DNA of 64,000 bases from Bacillota bacterium. GTDB taxonomy: Bacteria > Bacillota > Clostridia > Peptostreptococcales > Anaerovoracaceae. The position numbers and the translations under genes are program-made. Below, piece by piece: positions 28,247-38,580 of this stretch. Location of the stretch: assembly GCA_017405645.1 (NCBI GenBank), contig JAFQZZ010000017.1, forward strand, positions 4,125-68,124, given 5' to 3'. Every line of letters starts with the position of its first letter. Position 1 is the stretch's first letter. The notes under the pieces were generated by a model. It was not told where the DNA came from. It searched no databases and worked only from the letters and a program-made list of their open reading frames with translations.

Positions 28247-28987
28247 ATGTCCTACAAGGTCAAACTGGAAATATTCGAAGGCCCCTTCGACCTGCTGGTG
28301 TACCTGATCGAACGGGCGGAAATGAATATCTACGATATCCGCATCGCGGAGATCACCGAGCAGTACCTGGCGGCCATCGATGAATATAAAAGCCAGAATA
28401 TCGACATATCCACCGAATTCCTGGTGCTGGCGGCGACATTGATCGAGATCAAGTCGAAAATGCTGCTGCCGGGGAGTGCGGTCGCTTCGGAAGAAGAAGT
28501 GCCGGAGGATCCCCGCAAGGAACTGGTGCAGAAGATCCTGGAATACAAGAAGTTCAAGCAGGCGGCGCAGCTCCTGGAAGGACGGGAAGAGACCATTCTG
28601 GACCGGTGGTACAAGCCCCAGGAGGACCTGGCGGAATACGACAACGACCACGCGTTTGACGTGCTGGTGCTGGATCCGGACCGGTTCCTGGCGGTATTCA
28701 AGGAATTCCTGGAGAAGAAGCGCCGGCTGGAGGAGATCCACACCCGGTATGACCGCAGCGTTCATTCCCGCACCCGCGTCGGGATCCGGGACAAGATGAG
28801 GCAGATCCGGAAGTATCTCAGCGTCAGCAGGAAGATCACCTTCCGGGACGTGATGTCCGAATGCGAAGACCGGTACGAAGTGGCAGTGGCCTTTGTGGCC
28901 ATGCTGGAAATGATGCGTTCCGGACGGATCAAGGTGAAGCAGAGAGTGAGTTTCGGAGAGATCATGATAGAGGGGAAAGAGCAATGA
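28247..28987 (+). CDS. scpA: segregation and condensation protein A
   Basis: N-terminus FEGPFDLLVYLIERAEMNIYDIRIAEITEQYL is typical of ScpA. Overlaps scpB with ATGA. Confidence 0.9.
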   Translation: MSYKVKLEIFEGPFDLLVYLIERAEMNIYDIRIAEITEQYLAAIDEYKSQNIDISTEFLVLAATLIEIKSKMLLPGSAVASEEEVPEDPRKELVQKILEYKKFKQAAQLLEGREETILDRWYKPQEDLAEYDNDHAFDVLVLDPDRFLAVFKEFLEKKRRLEEIHTRYDRSVHSRTRVGIRDKMRQIRKYLSVSRKITFRDVMSECEDRYEVAVAFVAMLEMMRSGRIKVKQRVSFGEIMIEGKEQ

Positions 28988-29547
28988 CAGAAAGAGCAAG
29001 CATCAAATCCGCGCTGGAGTCCATGCTGTTCGTGTGGGGAGAACCCCTGGATGCCAAGACGGCGGCCCAGGTGTTCGGCGAAGAAGAAGCGGTGATTACG
29101 GAATGCCTGAAGGAACTGAAGGCGGAATACGAAGAACGGGAAGGCGGCATCCTGATCCAGCGGTTCGGGGACTGTTTCCAGCTCTGCACGGCGGAAGGAA
29201 ACCGCGAATACATCGAACGGCTCTGCAACCCCGCCCGTGAGAAGAAACTGTCCCGGTCCGCTCTGGAGGTGCTGGCCATCATCGCCTACCGGCAGCCGGT
29301 GACCAGGGGTGAGATCGAATCCATCCGGGGCGTCCGCTGCTCTTATGTACTGGAAGGACTGACCCAGAAGGGCCTGATCGAGGAGACCGGCCGGTCCGAA
29401 GCCGTCGGGCGGCCGATCCTGTACGGGACCACGGACCTGTTCCTGCGGCATTTCGGCATCGAAGACCTGAATGAACTGCCGGACCTGGAAGATGAAGCCT
29501 TCATGGATCCGCCGGCCAGCCTGGACGGTGGGATACAAAGCGAATAA
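28984..29547 (+). CDS. scpB: segregation and condensation protein B
   Basis: Start at the ATG at 28984. LSRSALEVLAIIAYRQPVTRGEIESIRGV is the ScpB winged-helix block. Confidence 0.9.
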   Translation: MTERASIKSALESMLFVWGEPLDAKTAAQVFGEEEAVITECLKELKAEYEEREGGILIQRFGDCFQLCTAEGNREYIERLCNPAREKKLSRSALEVLAIIAYRQPVTRGEIESIRGVRCSYVLEGLTQKGLIEETGRSEAVGRPILYGTTDLFLRHFGIEDLNELPDLEDEAFMDPPASLDGGIQSE

Positions 29548-29559
29548 GGAGGAGATCTT

Positions 29560-29988
29560 ATGAGAAAAAGTGTGATCGCATCGCTGTTGGCGGCGGTATT
29601 TGTGATGACCTGCTTTTTGGCGGGCTGCGGGGATGCACCCACCAGCGAGGACCTGGAGAATTACCGGGAACTGTCCTGGGAGGGCACGGAACTGACCATT
29701 TCGCTGGGAGAGAACAAGTCCACCGGGTGCAACTGGTCCACCAAGCCCCAGGATGACAAGGTCATCGATTATTCCGTCAACCGGGTCTTCCATATGTCCG
29801 ATGCGTCCGGTACGGAAGGACAGGCAATCGGCATCCTGGATGCAGGATTTGAAGGAAAGGGCGCCGGGACCACCACAATCGTCTGCACGACGCCGGTGAA
29901 CTGGGACGGTACCGGAGAGGGATATACCTACACGGTTACCGTTACTGTGAACGAAGACGGCACCATTGAAAATGCCGTGGGAGAATAA
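29560..29988 (+). CDS. lipoprotein, chagasin-like (I42) peptidase-inhibitor family
   Basis: Lipobox FLAGC. ENKSTGCNWS resembles the NPTTG.xW chagasin motif. Small beta-rich protein of 142 aa. Confidence 0.6.
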   Translation: MRKSVIASLLAAVFVMTCFLAGCGDAPTSEDLENYRELSWEGTELTISLGENKSTGCNWSTKPQDDKVIDYSVNRVFHMSDASGTEGQAIGILDAGFEGKGAGTTTIVCTTPVNWDGTGEGYTYTVTVTVNEDGTIENAVGE

Positions 29989-30005
29989 CTGACATCAGAA
30001 AAGGG

Positions 30006-30034
30006 AAGACCCGATCGGACCGGTCGGGTCTTTT
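30006..30034 (+). terminator. intrinsic terminator
   Basis: GACCCGA-N9-TCGGGTC followed by TTTT. Confidence 0.75.
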
Positions 30035-30056
30035 CGGATTACAGGAGGATAGTGCC

Positions 30057-31667
30057 ATGAAATTCGATTCGAAAACCAACCGGTATGCTTCCGGAAGAAA
30101 TACGGTGTACGCGAAAGGCGGAATGTGCTGCTCCGTTTCCCCGCTGGGGTCCGGTATAGGAGCTGAGATCCTGCGAAAGGGCGGCAATGCCATGGATGCG
30201 GCCATCGCCATGGCGGCGGCCATGCCGTTGCTGGAGCCAACCGGAAACAGCCTGGGCTCCGATTGTTTCGTTATTGCCTGGATGGACGGAAAACTCTACG
30301 GACTGGACGGCTCCGGTGTCTCACCGAAGGGGCTGAGCCGGGAAACCGTGCTGGAGAAGGGATTTCAGGAAGTGCCCAAGGACGGTTGGCTTCCGGTCAT
30401 GGTGCCGGGGGCGCCGAAAGCCTGGGCGGTGCTGCGGCAGCGGTTTGGAACGATGTCCATGCAGGAGTTGATGGCCCCGGCGATCCGCTATGCGGAGGAA
30501 GGATTCCCCTTTCCGGTCACCGGGTTAAAAGAACTGGAGAGGGATACGGCTCATTTTCAGGATCTGGCGGAGAAGGAACCGGAACTGTTCGGGCCCTGGC
30601 TCGCGTATTTTACCCGGCAGGGAAGGGCGTTCGGGCCGGGTGAGGTGTTCCGGAATCCGGATATGGCGAAAACTCTTCGGACCCTGGCGGAAACGGATTG
30701 CGAAGCTTTTTATTCCGGAGAGGTGATGCGGGCAATCGTAGATCATTCCCGGAAGACCGGCGGGTACTTTTGCGAAGAGGATTTTACCGGATATAATGTC
30801 CGCTGGGCGGATCCGGTTTCCACGGAATACCACGGGTATACGGTCCATGAAATGCCGCCGAACGGCCACGGGATCACAGCGCTGATGGCGCTGAACATCC
30901 TGAAGAACCTGCCCATGGACGAGGAGAGAGAGACGACAAGGAATTACCATCATATGATCGAGGCGGTCAAGCTGGCCTTTGCGGACACGAAAAAATACGT
31001 GGCGGATCCGCGGTTCATGAAGACGAAGACGGAAGACCTGTTGTCGGAAGAGTATGCGAGAAGGCGCAGACTCCTGATCGGAGAACGGGCCATCGAACCG
31101 GAAGCCGGCAATCCCTGCTGCGGCGGCACCGTCTACTTTTCCACGGCGGACAGAGAGGGAAACATGGTGTCCTTTATCCAGTCCCACTATGACCGGGGGA
31201 GCGGCATAGCCGTCCCGGGCACCGGGATCACGCTTCAGAACCGGGGAGCGGGATTTTCCATGGACCCGGACAGTGATAACGTGCTGGAAGGCGGAAAGAA
31301 GTGCTACCACACCATCATCCCCGGGTTTCTGACCAAAGACGGAAAGCCGGTCGGACCGTTTGGGGTCATGGGCGGCTTCATGCAGCCCCAGGGCCATGTG
31401 CAGGTGGTGCTGAATGCAGTAGATTTCCACATGAACCCCCAGGAATGCCTGGACGCGCCGAGGTTCCAGTGGGTGGGCGGCAGAAAAGTCCAGTTGGAAA
31501 GGACCGTACCTGCTGAAATCGCGGAAGATCTGCAGAGAATGGGACATGAGATCGAGATCGTCCCGGACGAGCTGGATATGGGCCGGGGGCAGATCATCTG
31601 GAACCTGGACGGCGTCTATGCCGGGGGCACCGAGCCACGGGCGGACGGAACCATCGCTGTAATATAA
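30057..31667 (+). CDS. ggt: gamma-glutamyltransferase family protein
   Basis: 536 aa. N-terminus GAEILRKGGNAMDAAIA and the autoprocessing/nucleophile region GGTVYFSTADREGNMVSFIQS. Confidence 0.85.
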   Translation: MKFDSKTNRYASGRNTVYAKGGMCCSVSPLGSGIGAEILRKGGNAMDAAIAMAAAMPLLEPTGNSLGSDCFVIAWMDGKLYGLDGSGVSPKGLSRETVLEKGFQEVPKDGWLPVMVPGAPKAWAVLRQRFGTMSMQELMAPAIRYAEEGFPFPVTGLKELERDTAHFQDLAEKEPELFGPWLAYFTRQGRAFGPGEVFRNPDMAKTLRTLAETDCEAFYSGEVMRAIVDHSRKTGGYFCEEDFTGYNVRWADPVSTEYHGYTVHEMPPNGHGITALMALNILKNLPMDEERETTRNYHHMIEAVKLAFADTKKYVADPRFMKTKTEDLLSEEYARRRRLLIGERAIEPEAGNPCCGGTVYFSTADREGNMVSFIQSHYDRGSGIAVPGTGITLQNRGAGFSMDPDSDNVLEGGKKCYHTIIPGFLTKDGKPVGPFGVMGGFMQPQGHVQVVLNAVDFHMNPQECLDAPRFQWVGGRKVQLERTVPAEIAEDLQRMGHEIEIVPDELDMGRGQIIWNLDGVYAGGTEPRADGTIAVI

Positions 31668-31678
31668 GATAAATAACA

Positions 31679-31724
31679 AGAGGGTGCTTTCTCAGTTTGC
31701 TCTGAGGAAACACCCTCCTTTTGA
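31679..31724. terminator. bidirectional intrinsic terminator between ggt and etfA
   Basis: GAGGGTG-CTTTCTCAG-tttgc-TCTGAGGAAA-CACCCTC with flanking T/A runs. Confidence 0.75.
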
Positions 31725-31739
31725 CCTCTTTTATCTACA

Positions 31740-31749
31740 ATCTCCAATC
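31740..31749 (-). repeat. post-stop motif GATTGGAGAT, copy d
   Basis: On the minus strand it immediately follows the etfA TAA (31752-31750), then TGTAGATAAAAG and the terminator. Confidence 0.7.
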
Positions 31750-32763
31750 TTAACCCTTCATCTTTCGATACGCTCTCGTTAGCGCCGGGATGACTTCGTT
31801 CAGGTCTCCGACGATGCAGTAGTCGGCGATGTCGAAGATCGGGGCGTTCGGGTCCTTGTTGATGGCGATGATGGTCTCCGCGCCGGTGATCCCGGCCAGA
31901 TGCTGGATCGCACCGGAGATTCCCACGGCAAAATAGACCTTCGGGGCAACGGTTTTTCCGGACTGCCCGACCTGATAGGTGTGGGGCAGCCACCCGGCGT
32001 CCACCACGGCACGGCTGCAGCCCAGATAGGCGCCCATTTCATCGGCGAATGCCTTCAGAATCTTGAAATTGTCCGCGGAACCCATCCCGCGGCCTCCGGC
32101 CACGATGATTTCCGCATCTTCCAGGTCCAGGGCCAGGGCCAGGGCGTCCGCCTGGTAAATGATCCGGGTCCTGATCTCTTCCGGCGGGATATGAACGTCC
32201 TCCATGACGATGGGACCGGTGCGGGAGGAATCAGGTGTTCCTTTCCGGAAAACCCCCGGCCGGACGGTCCCCATCTGGGGCCGGCTGTCCGGGCAGATGA
32301 TGGTCGCCATCAGATTCCCGCCAAAGGTGGGCCGGGTCCAGGCAATGTTCTCACCGTCTTCCTGGAGCCCGATGCCGGTGCAGTCCGCCGTCAGCCCGGT
32401 CTTCAGATGGCAGGCCACCTTCGGGGCCAGGTCCCGTCCGTTATTGGTGGCGCCGAAGATCACAGTGTCGGGGCGGTGTTTTTCGATCAGATTGATGAGC
32501 ACCCGGCTGAACGCGTCGGTGCTGTAGGTCTCGAATTCATCGCCTTCCACCGCCAGGACCGAATCGGCCCCGAAGCTCAGGGCCTCGCGGCAGACCGAAT
32601 CGATGGCGTGACCGATGATCACTGCCACCAGATCGCAGCCCTTTCCGTCCGCAATGGGGCGGGCGGCGTTCAGCAACTCGTATCCGACGTTTTTTGCTTC
32701 TCCGTGTTCGGCCTCGATGAAGACCCACACATTTTTATACTCATTAAAACGTTTCATCTTCAT
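31750..32763 (-). CDS. etfA: electron transfer flavoprotein subunit alpha
   Basis: C-terminal FAD-binding block [19 protein letters not shown]...[13 protein letters not shown]. Confidence 0.95.
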   Translation of the reverse strand: MKMKRFNEYKNVWVFIEAEHGEAKNVGYELLNAARPIADGKGCDLVAVIIGHAIDSVCREALSFGADSVLAVEGDEFETYSTDAFSRVLINLIEKHRPDTVIFGATNNGRDLAPKVACHLKTGLTADCTGIGLQEDGENIAWTRPTFGGNLMATIICPDSRPQMGTVRPGVFRKGTPDSSRTGPIVMEDVHIPPEEIRTRIIYQADALALALDLEDAEIIVAGGRGMGSADNFKILKAFADEMGAYLGCSRAVVDAGWLPHTYQVGQSGKTVAPKVYFAVGISGAIQHLAGITGAETIIAINKDPNAPIFDIADYCIVGDLNEVIPALTRAYRKMKG

Positions 32764-32768
32764 CCCCC

Positions 32769-33572
32769 CTAAAGCCTTCCCGACCGGACCAGCAGCTCCA
32801 TGAGTTTTTCCGCCGTTTCATCCGCCGTATCGCCGGTGAGACGGAGTCCTTTTTTCTCCCGCACCGGCACGTAGGTGGAGACCACACGGGTGGGGGAGCC
32901 CTTCAGCCCGCAGAGGCTCAGGTCCAGCTCGGCAAGGTCTTCCTCCGACAGGATATGGATCTCTGCATTCCGAGCCTTTTTCCAGGAACGGATGTCGGGA
33001 TAACGGGGCTCCACCGGCAGTTTGGATACTGTGACCAATGCCGGCAGCCGGGTCTCCACGATGGCTACGCCTCCGTCGATCTCCCTGCGGACCCTCAGGC
33101 TTCCGCCTTTTTCCACCATGCCCAGCGCATAGGTCACGTGGGGCAGGGCCAGGTGCTCGGCGATCTCCGGACCTACCTGGGCCGTGTCGCCGTCCACTGC
33201 CTGTTTGCCGCAGAGGATCAGGTCGAAAGTTTCCATCCGAAGTTCTTCGATCCGCCGGATCGCCGCAGACAGGATATAACTGGTGGACAGGGTGTCGGAT
33301 CCGCTGAACCGACGGCTGGTAAGCAGGTAACCCTCGTCAGCGCCGACGGCCAGGCAGTCCCGAAGGGCCTGTTCCGCCTGGGCGGGGCCCATGGTCAGAA
33401 CGATGACGGAGCCGCCGTGCTGTTCCTTCAGCCGGACCGCCGCCTCCAGCGCATAGTTGTCATATGGATTCACGATGCTGGGGACACCGGCCCGTACCAG
33501 GGTATGGGTCTCCGGGTCGATCCGGATCTGGGTGGTGTCCGGCACCTGTTTAATACAAACACAAATATTCAT
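32769..33572 (-). CDS. etfB: electron transfer flavoprotein subunit beta
   Basis: MNICVCIKQVPDT start and the DLILCGKQAVDGDTAQVG block. Confidence 0.95.
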   Translation of the reverse strand: MNICVCIKQVPDTTQIRIDPETHTLVRAGVPSIVNPYDNYALEAAVRLKEQHGGSVIVLTMGPAQAEQALRDCLAVGADEGYLLTSRRFSGSDTLSTSYILSAAIRRIEELRMETFDLILCGKQAVDGDTAQVGPEIAEHLALPHVTYALGMVEKGGSLRVRREIDGGVAIVETRLPALVTVSKLPVEPRYPDIRSWKKARNAEIHILSEEDLAELDLSLCGLKGSPTRVVSTYVPVREKKGLRLTGDTADETAEKLMELLVRSGRL

Positions 33573-33583
33573 GATTCACTTCC

Positions 33584-35008
33584 TTACAGACTCTCTTCAT
33601 CAAACCGGACGACTTTTCCGGGGTTTAAGATCAGTTTCGGGTCGAAGACCTTCTTGATCCCTTTCATCAGTTCCACGTTGATCTCACCCACGGATTCCGC
33701 CAGGTAAGCGGTCTTTCCGTGGCCGATGCCATGCTCGCCGGAAATCAGGCCCCCGAGGCGGGAGGCTTCCCTGTAAATGGTATCAAAGAAGATTTCTCCC
33801 TTGGCCAGGAATTCTTCTTTGGAAAGGGAATTGGAACATTGATAAATGTGGATGTTCCCATCCCCGGCGTGACCGAAGGAACGGACTTCAAAGCCCAGGT
33901 CGTCCCCGGTCCGGTTCACGAATTCCATATAGTCGGCAATCTTGTCCACCGGCACCACCACGTCGCATTCATCGATGAGTTCGTACTGGTCCATGATGGC
34001 TTCCAGGAAGGAGGAGCGTGCCGACCAGGCGTTGCGGATCCGGGTGGAAGTGTCGGCGATGAGCACATCCAGCGCTCCGGAGTCCAGGGCGATTTCCGCC
34101 GCTTCGTCCGTCAGCCGGTTGACGTCCTCTTTGGTGCTGCCGTCGAAGGTCACCAGCAGGAAGGCTTCGATCTCGATGCCGTTCCAGTTGGCGGGAAAGA
34201 CTTCTTTGCCGATGTATTCTTCCGAAGCCAGGACGATTTCCCGTTCCATGAATTCCACCGCCTGTGGATCCAGACCGGCGGTCTTGAACTTCGGTACGGT
34301 AGCAAGGGCGGTCCCCAGGTCCGTAAAGGGGATGATCAGTGAGATCACTTCCTTTGGCGCGGGGATGATCTTCAGTGTCAGTTCCGTGATGATGCCCAGG
34401 GTCCCCTCCGAGCCGATGATCAGGTCCTTCAGGGAATAGCCCGAAGAGGTCTTGGATACGGCGGCGCCGAACCGGGTCACTTCGCCGGTGGGGAGCACCA
34501 CCGTCATGGCCTTGACGTATTCCCTGGTGGTTCCGTACTTCACCGCCCGCATGCCGCCGGCGTTGGTGGAGACGTTGCCGCCCAGGCAGGCGTACTTTTC
34601 ACCGGGATCCACCGGGTAAAGCATGCCCCGGGTCATGCAGTCCGCCACCAGGTCGCTCAGCAGGACCCCCGGCTCGATCCGGACATCGAAATTCTCCAGG
34701 TCGTATTCCAGGATGCGGTTCATTTTAGACAGGTCCATGGTCACTCCGCCGTACAGGGGCACGCTGCCGCCCACCAGACCGGTGCCGGCGCCCCGGGGAG
34801 TCACCGGGATATTGTTTTCGTAGCAGATCTTCATCACCGCCGCCACCTCTTCCGTGCTGCGGGGCTGTACCGCCATCTCCGGCATGTGGGTGCCGTAGAT
34901 GGGCATCTCATCTCTGCTGTAATCGGGATTCACTTCATATCCGTAAAAAGTATGGTCCGAGACCGCCCGGATCTTTGCGGCGATCTCTTCCGTCAATGGA
35001 TTATACAA
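33584..35008 (-). CDS. FAD-binding oxidoreductase, GlcD / D-lactate dehydrogenase-like
   Basis: 474 aa. FAD_binding_4 pattern PRGAGTGLVGGSVP and C-terminal GEHGIGHGK. Co-oriented and tightly spaced with etfBA. Confidence 0.85.
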   Translation of the reverse strand: MYNPLTEEIAAKIRAVSDHTFYGYEVNPDYSRDEMPIYGTHMPEMAVQPRSTEEVAAVMKICYENNIPVTPRGAGTGLVGGSVPLYGGVTMDLSKMNRILEYDLENFDVRIEPGVLLSDLVADCMTRGMLYPVDPGEKYACLGGNVSTNAGGMRAVKYGTTREYVKAMTVVLPTGEVTRFGAAVSKTSSGYSLKDLIIGSEGTLGIITELTLKIIPAPKEVISLIIPFTDLGTALATVPKFKTAGLDPQAVEFMEREIVLASEEYIGKEVFPANWNGIEIEAFLLVTFDGSTKEDVNRLTDEAAEIALDSGALDVLIADTSTRIRNAWSARSSFLEAIMDQYELIDECDVVVPVDKIADYMEFVNRTGDDLGFEVRSFGHAGDGNIHIYQCSNSLSKEEFLAKGEIFFDTIYREASRLGGLISGEHGIGHGKTAYLAESVGEINVELMKGIKKVFDPKLILNPGKVVRFDEESL

Positions 35009-35166
35009 CTCTCTCTACCTCCGTGAATTGTGAAATAGACAAAACCATTATAGAGGAAATCTTAAAAAGTGTAAACAGGAATCGTTTTTACTTTGAATTA
35101 TCTTTGAAGTATGGTATAATATTTCTTGTTATTAAAGAAATGAAATCGAGAACAAGGGGGTAACTG

Positions 35167-36621
35167 ATGAAAAACAATTGGCTGAAACGCGGACTAACTT
35201 TTTTCCTGATCGCGGCGGTATGCTGCTGCTTCATGCCGGGCCTGGCATTGGCGGCGGAGGGCACTGACGCCGAGCAGGCCGCAGCGGCTGCGAAAGGGGC
35301 AGTATCCATCCAGGGTGTCCTGGCGCCGGCCGCTAAAGATGCGGTCGTGGTGCAGGCTGCAGCGGATAAGAAGGACAAGAGTCTGCTGAATATCAAAACC
35401 GTCAACGGGTCGAAGGAAGACGTGACTGTGCAGGTGTTCCTGTGGAAGAACGACAAGTCCCTGACGGACGGGAAAAAGGACAACGATAAAAAAGAAAAAG
35501 CGGCGGAGGCTACTGTTGCCGGACTGGACAAAAAGACCGGTGAAGCGACCATCAGCGGCACGAAGGTGAAACTCACCGACGGCAAGGACGGCCGGTATCT
35601 CGAATACACCGTCAAGGCCGGGAAGACAGTGGCATTGAAGATCAAACTGGAACCGGTGGAAGCGGCCAAGGACAAGACCGTGGAAGTCGTCGCGGAAGTG
35701 AAGATCCCGGAAGCGAAGGCTGCGGAAACCGCACCGGCGGAGGCAAAAACCGAAGTTCCCGCTGCGGCGGAGGATGTAACGGGTACGGAAGCCAACAAGA
35801 ACGCCGCTGCGAATGACGCCCAGGCAAAGGAAGAGGAAAGCAAGGACGCTGCAGACGGGGACAAGAAGGACGATCCCGCGGAAGCCGATAAAGTGGAAGT
35901 GTCCGTGACCAAGGTCTGGAGCGACGAGGAAGACAAGGATAAGATCCGTCCAACCAATGTCACCATCAAGCTTCTTGCGGACGGAACGGATACCGGAAAG
36001 ACCCTGATCCTGGATGCGAACGCCAACTGGAAGGGCAGCTTCAAGGATCTGGACAAGCAGAAGGACGGCAAGGATATCGCCTATACCGTTCAGGAAGTGG
36101 AAGTCAAGGACTACACAGCGGCAGTGACGGGCGATGCGGCAGCGGGATTTACCGTTACCAACACCCACACGCCGGCCGCCGTGGACAAAGTAACGGTCAG
36201 CGGCACTGTGACCTGGGACGACAGTGACAACAAAAACAAGAAGCGGCCCACCAAAGTGACCGTGCGTCTGTTTGCCAACGGCGAGGAGATGCAGCTGACA
36301 CGGCCCACCGCGGATACGGAGTGGAAATACGAATTCAAAGATCTGGACAAGGTAGACAGCAAGGGCAAGGACATCACCTACACCGTGAAACAGGACGCCG
36401 TGACCAGTTATACCACCACGTACAAGGGCTACGATATCACCAACAAGTACAAGACCACTTCGTCTTCGTCCACTACGAAAAAGTCTTCCAGTACCACCAG
36501 TAAGAAAACCAGCAAGAACGCCAAGACTGGTGACAGCACCCACCTGGGGCTGTACCTGGCGCTGATGCTGATCGCAGCTGCGGGTGCAGTGGCGATGGTG
36601 CTGAAGAGAAGACGGGGATAG
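35167..36621 (+). CDS. cell-wall-anchored surface protein with Cna-B-type repeats
   Basis: Signal peptide. Ala/Lys/Glu-rich region. Two repeats of the form VTKVWSDEEDKDKIRPTNVTIKLLADG / VTWDDSDNKNKKRPTKVTVRLFANG. C-terminal NAKTGD plus a hydrophobic helix plus KRRRG sorting signal. Confidence 0.8.
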   Translation: MKNNWLKRGLTFFLIAAVCCCFMPGLALAAEGTDAEQAAAAAKGAVSIQGVLAPAAKDAVVVQAAADKKDKSLLNIKTVNGSKEDVTVQVFLWKNDKSLTDGKKDNDKKEKAAEATVAGLDKKTGEATISGTKVKLTDGKDGRYLEYTVKAGKTVALKIKLEPVEAAKDKTVEVVAEVKIPEAKAAETAPAEAKTEVPAAAEDVTGTEANKNAAANDAQAKEEESKDAADGDKKDDPAEADKVEVSVTKVWSDEEDKDKIRPTNVTIKLLADGTDTGKTLILDANANWKGSFKDLDKQKDGKDIAYTVQEVEVKDYTAAVTGDAAAGFTVTNTHTPAAVDKVTVSGTVTWDDSDNKNKKRPTKVTVRLFANGEEMQLTRPTADTEWKYEFKDLDKVDSKGKDITYTVKQDAVTSYTTTYKGYDITNKYKTTSSSSTTKKSSSTTSKKTSKNAKTGDSTHLGLYLALMLIAAAGAVAMVLKRRRG

Positions 36622-36685
36622 GACCAACAGCAAACAGAATGAAAAAGACCGGCAGGTGAATACCTGCCGGTTTCTTTTGTGTTGA

Positions 36686-37825
36686 TTAAATGTCTTCCCG
36701 CACGATGGTGGGGTCCACGTGCCAGTATTCCTTCAGCTCCCGGATCTGCTCCGGGGCTTTTTCTTTGGGCTTTCCGGTGCGGACCGCCCGGATCATGATG
36801 TTCTTGGCGGTGTGCTCCAGACTGGTGAATTCGATCATGGACACGTCGTAGCCCCATTCCTCCAGTTTCAGCTGCCGGAAGGTGTCTGTCAGGATGGCAC
36901 AGAAGCGGTCCTTCAGGATCCCCTGGCGGAGCATAGGCTCGTGGAGGGGGTTCTTCAGTTGACGGAACAGTTCGTGCTGGCAGCAGGGCACCGACAGGAT
37001 CACGGAGGCACCCCATTTTTTGGCGTTCAGCAGGGCGTAATCCGTGGCGGTGTCGCATGCGTGCAGCGTGACTACCATGTCCGCTTCCGTGCCCTGATAC
37101 TCCGCGATATCGCCAATCTGGAACTGCAGGCCCTCATAGCCCAGGTCTTCCGCGACATTGCTGCAGAAGCGGATCACGTCTTCCTTCAGGTCCAGGCCGA
37201 TGATCTGAACGTCCCGGCCCAGCTGTTTTTTCAGATAGTAGTACAATCCAAAGGTCAGGTAGGCCTTGCCGCAGCCGAAATCGATGATGCGGATCGTCCG
37301 GGCTTCCGGCAGCGCATCCAGCACGTCCCGGGTGATCTCCAGAAAGCGGTTGATCTGGCGGAACTTCCCATAGTACTTCGCATGGACCTTGCCGCTCTCG
37401 TTCATGACCCCCAGCCGCACCAGAAAGTCCACCGGCTCCCCGTCGGGGATCACGTATTTCTTGATCTGGTTGTGGGACAGACCCTGCCGCTCCATGGTGG
37501 GGTCTTTCCGGATGATCCGGGGATTCTCCGGCTTTGCCGCCAGGACCTGATAGTCCGCGTCGGCGGTAAAAAAGTTGGCCTGCTTGAAACTGTTTTCCAT
37601 TAGAAAAGCAATCTGCTCCAGCAGTTCTTCCGGATCCAGGTTCTCATGCAGGACCTTGTTTTCATAGACGTATTCCGCCTGATATAAAACGCCGTCCCGT
37701 CCGGCAAAGGGACGGATAACCACCTTGCCGTAAGGGACGCTCTTTTTCCGTTTGTTGCCCAGCACCAGCCGGATAAGGCTGCCATCCTCCAGAATCTGCC
37801 GGGTCAGCGTCAGGATCTCGTTCAT
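36686..37825 (-). CDS. class I SAM-dependent methyltransferase
   Basis: SAM motif I IIDFGCGKAYLTF and the downstream acidic loop GLDLKED. 379 aa with an N-terminal extension of unknown role. Confidence 0.7.
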   Translation of the reverse strand: MNEILTLTRQILEDGSLIRLVLGNKRKKSVPYGKVVIRPFAGRDGVLYQAEYVYENKVLHENLDPEELLEQIAFLMENSFKQANFFTADADYQVLAAKPENPRIIRKDPTMERQGLSHNQIKKYVIPDGEPVDFLVRLGVMNESGKVHAKYYGKFRQINRFLEITRDVLDALPEARTIRIIDFGCGKAYLTFGLYYYLKKQLGRDVQIIGLDLKEDVIRFCSNVAEDLGYEGLQFQIGDIAEYQGTEADMVVTLHACDTATDYALLNAKKWGASVILSVPCCQHELFRQLKNPLHEPMLRQGILKDRFCAILTDTFRQLKLEEWGYDVSMIEFTSLEHTAKNIMIRAVRTGKPKEKAPEQIRELKEYWHVDPTIVREDI

Positions 37826-38580
37826 GACTGGGCTCCTTCAATGGCTTTATTCAGCTCTTCCTCCAGAAAATCGTGGATCTTGTCCGAGAGGGTGTTGATC
37901 TCCGCCCGGTCCATACCGTCGGTGACGATGGGCGGGTAGTAGGTGATATATACCGTGGAGGGCACCATCCGATTCCCGTTTTCTTCAAACATTTTATAGG
38001 TCCCGTTGATCAGGAAGGGCACAACCGGCACTTTATTGCGGGTGGCGATCATCAGGGCGCCGGGGCTGAATTCCCGCATGAAGTCGCCCTTGCTGCGGGT
38101 CCCTTCCGGGAAGATGTGGATGCTGCGGCCTTCCCGGATCAGATCCGTGGCTTCCTTCACTGCCAGCATCCTTGTACGGGTGTTGGTGTTGTCCAGGAAG
38201 ACGCAGTCGATAGTCTCCATCCAGGTCTTCAGGAAGGGCACCTTGCCAATGCCTTTTTTCGCCAGGTAGGCGTACATTTTCTTCGTATCACAGATGGAGA
38301 GAATGGACAGGATATCGAAATAGCTCTGGTGATTGCCCACCAGCACGCAGGTCTCGTCGGGGATGTTTTCCTCTCCGGTGACGATGACCTTGTGGCCGCC
38401 CCACCAGAGGATCCGCCGGCTCATGTACTGGATGAGCTTCGGGGCGATCCGGTCCCGCTTTTTCAGGTTTTCCTCCCCCCGGACCTTGGTCAGGTGCTTG
38501 CAGTAGAGCATGATGGGGGTGAACAGGAAGAATTCCAGGGTCACGTTGATCAGTGCCACCAGGGTTCGCAAATGTTTCAT
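37822..38580 (-). CDS. plsC: 1-acyl-sn-glycerol-3-phosphate acyltransferase
   Basis: Acyltransferase motifs NHQSYFDI and FPEGTRS. Start set to the ATG at 38580, with GAGGAGAG 5 nt upstream. Confidence 0.85.
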   Translation of the reverse strand: MKHLRTLVALINVTLEFFLFTPIMLYCKHLTKVRGEENLKKRDRIAPKLIQYMSRRILWWGGHKVIVTGEENIPDETCVLVGNHQSYFDILSILSICDTKKMYAYLAKKGIGKVPFLKTWMETIDCVFLDNTNTRTRMLAVKEATDLIREGRSIHIFPEGTRSKGDFMREFSPGALMIATRNKVPVVPFLINGTYKMFEENGNRMVPSTVYITYYPPIVTDGMDRAEINTLSDKIHDFLEEELNKAIEGAQS

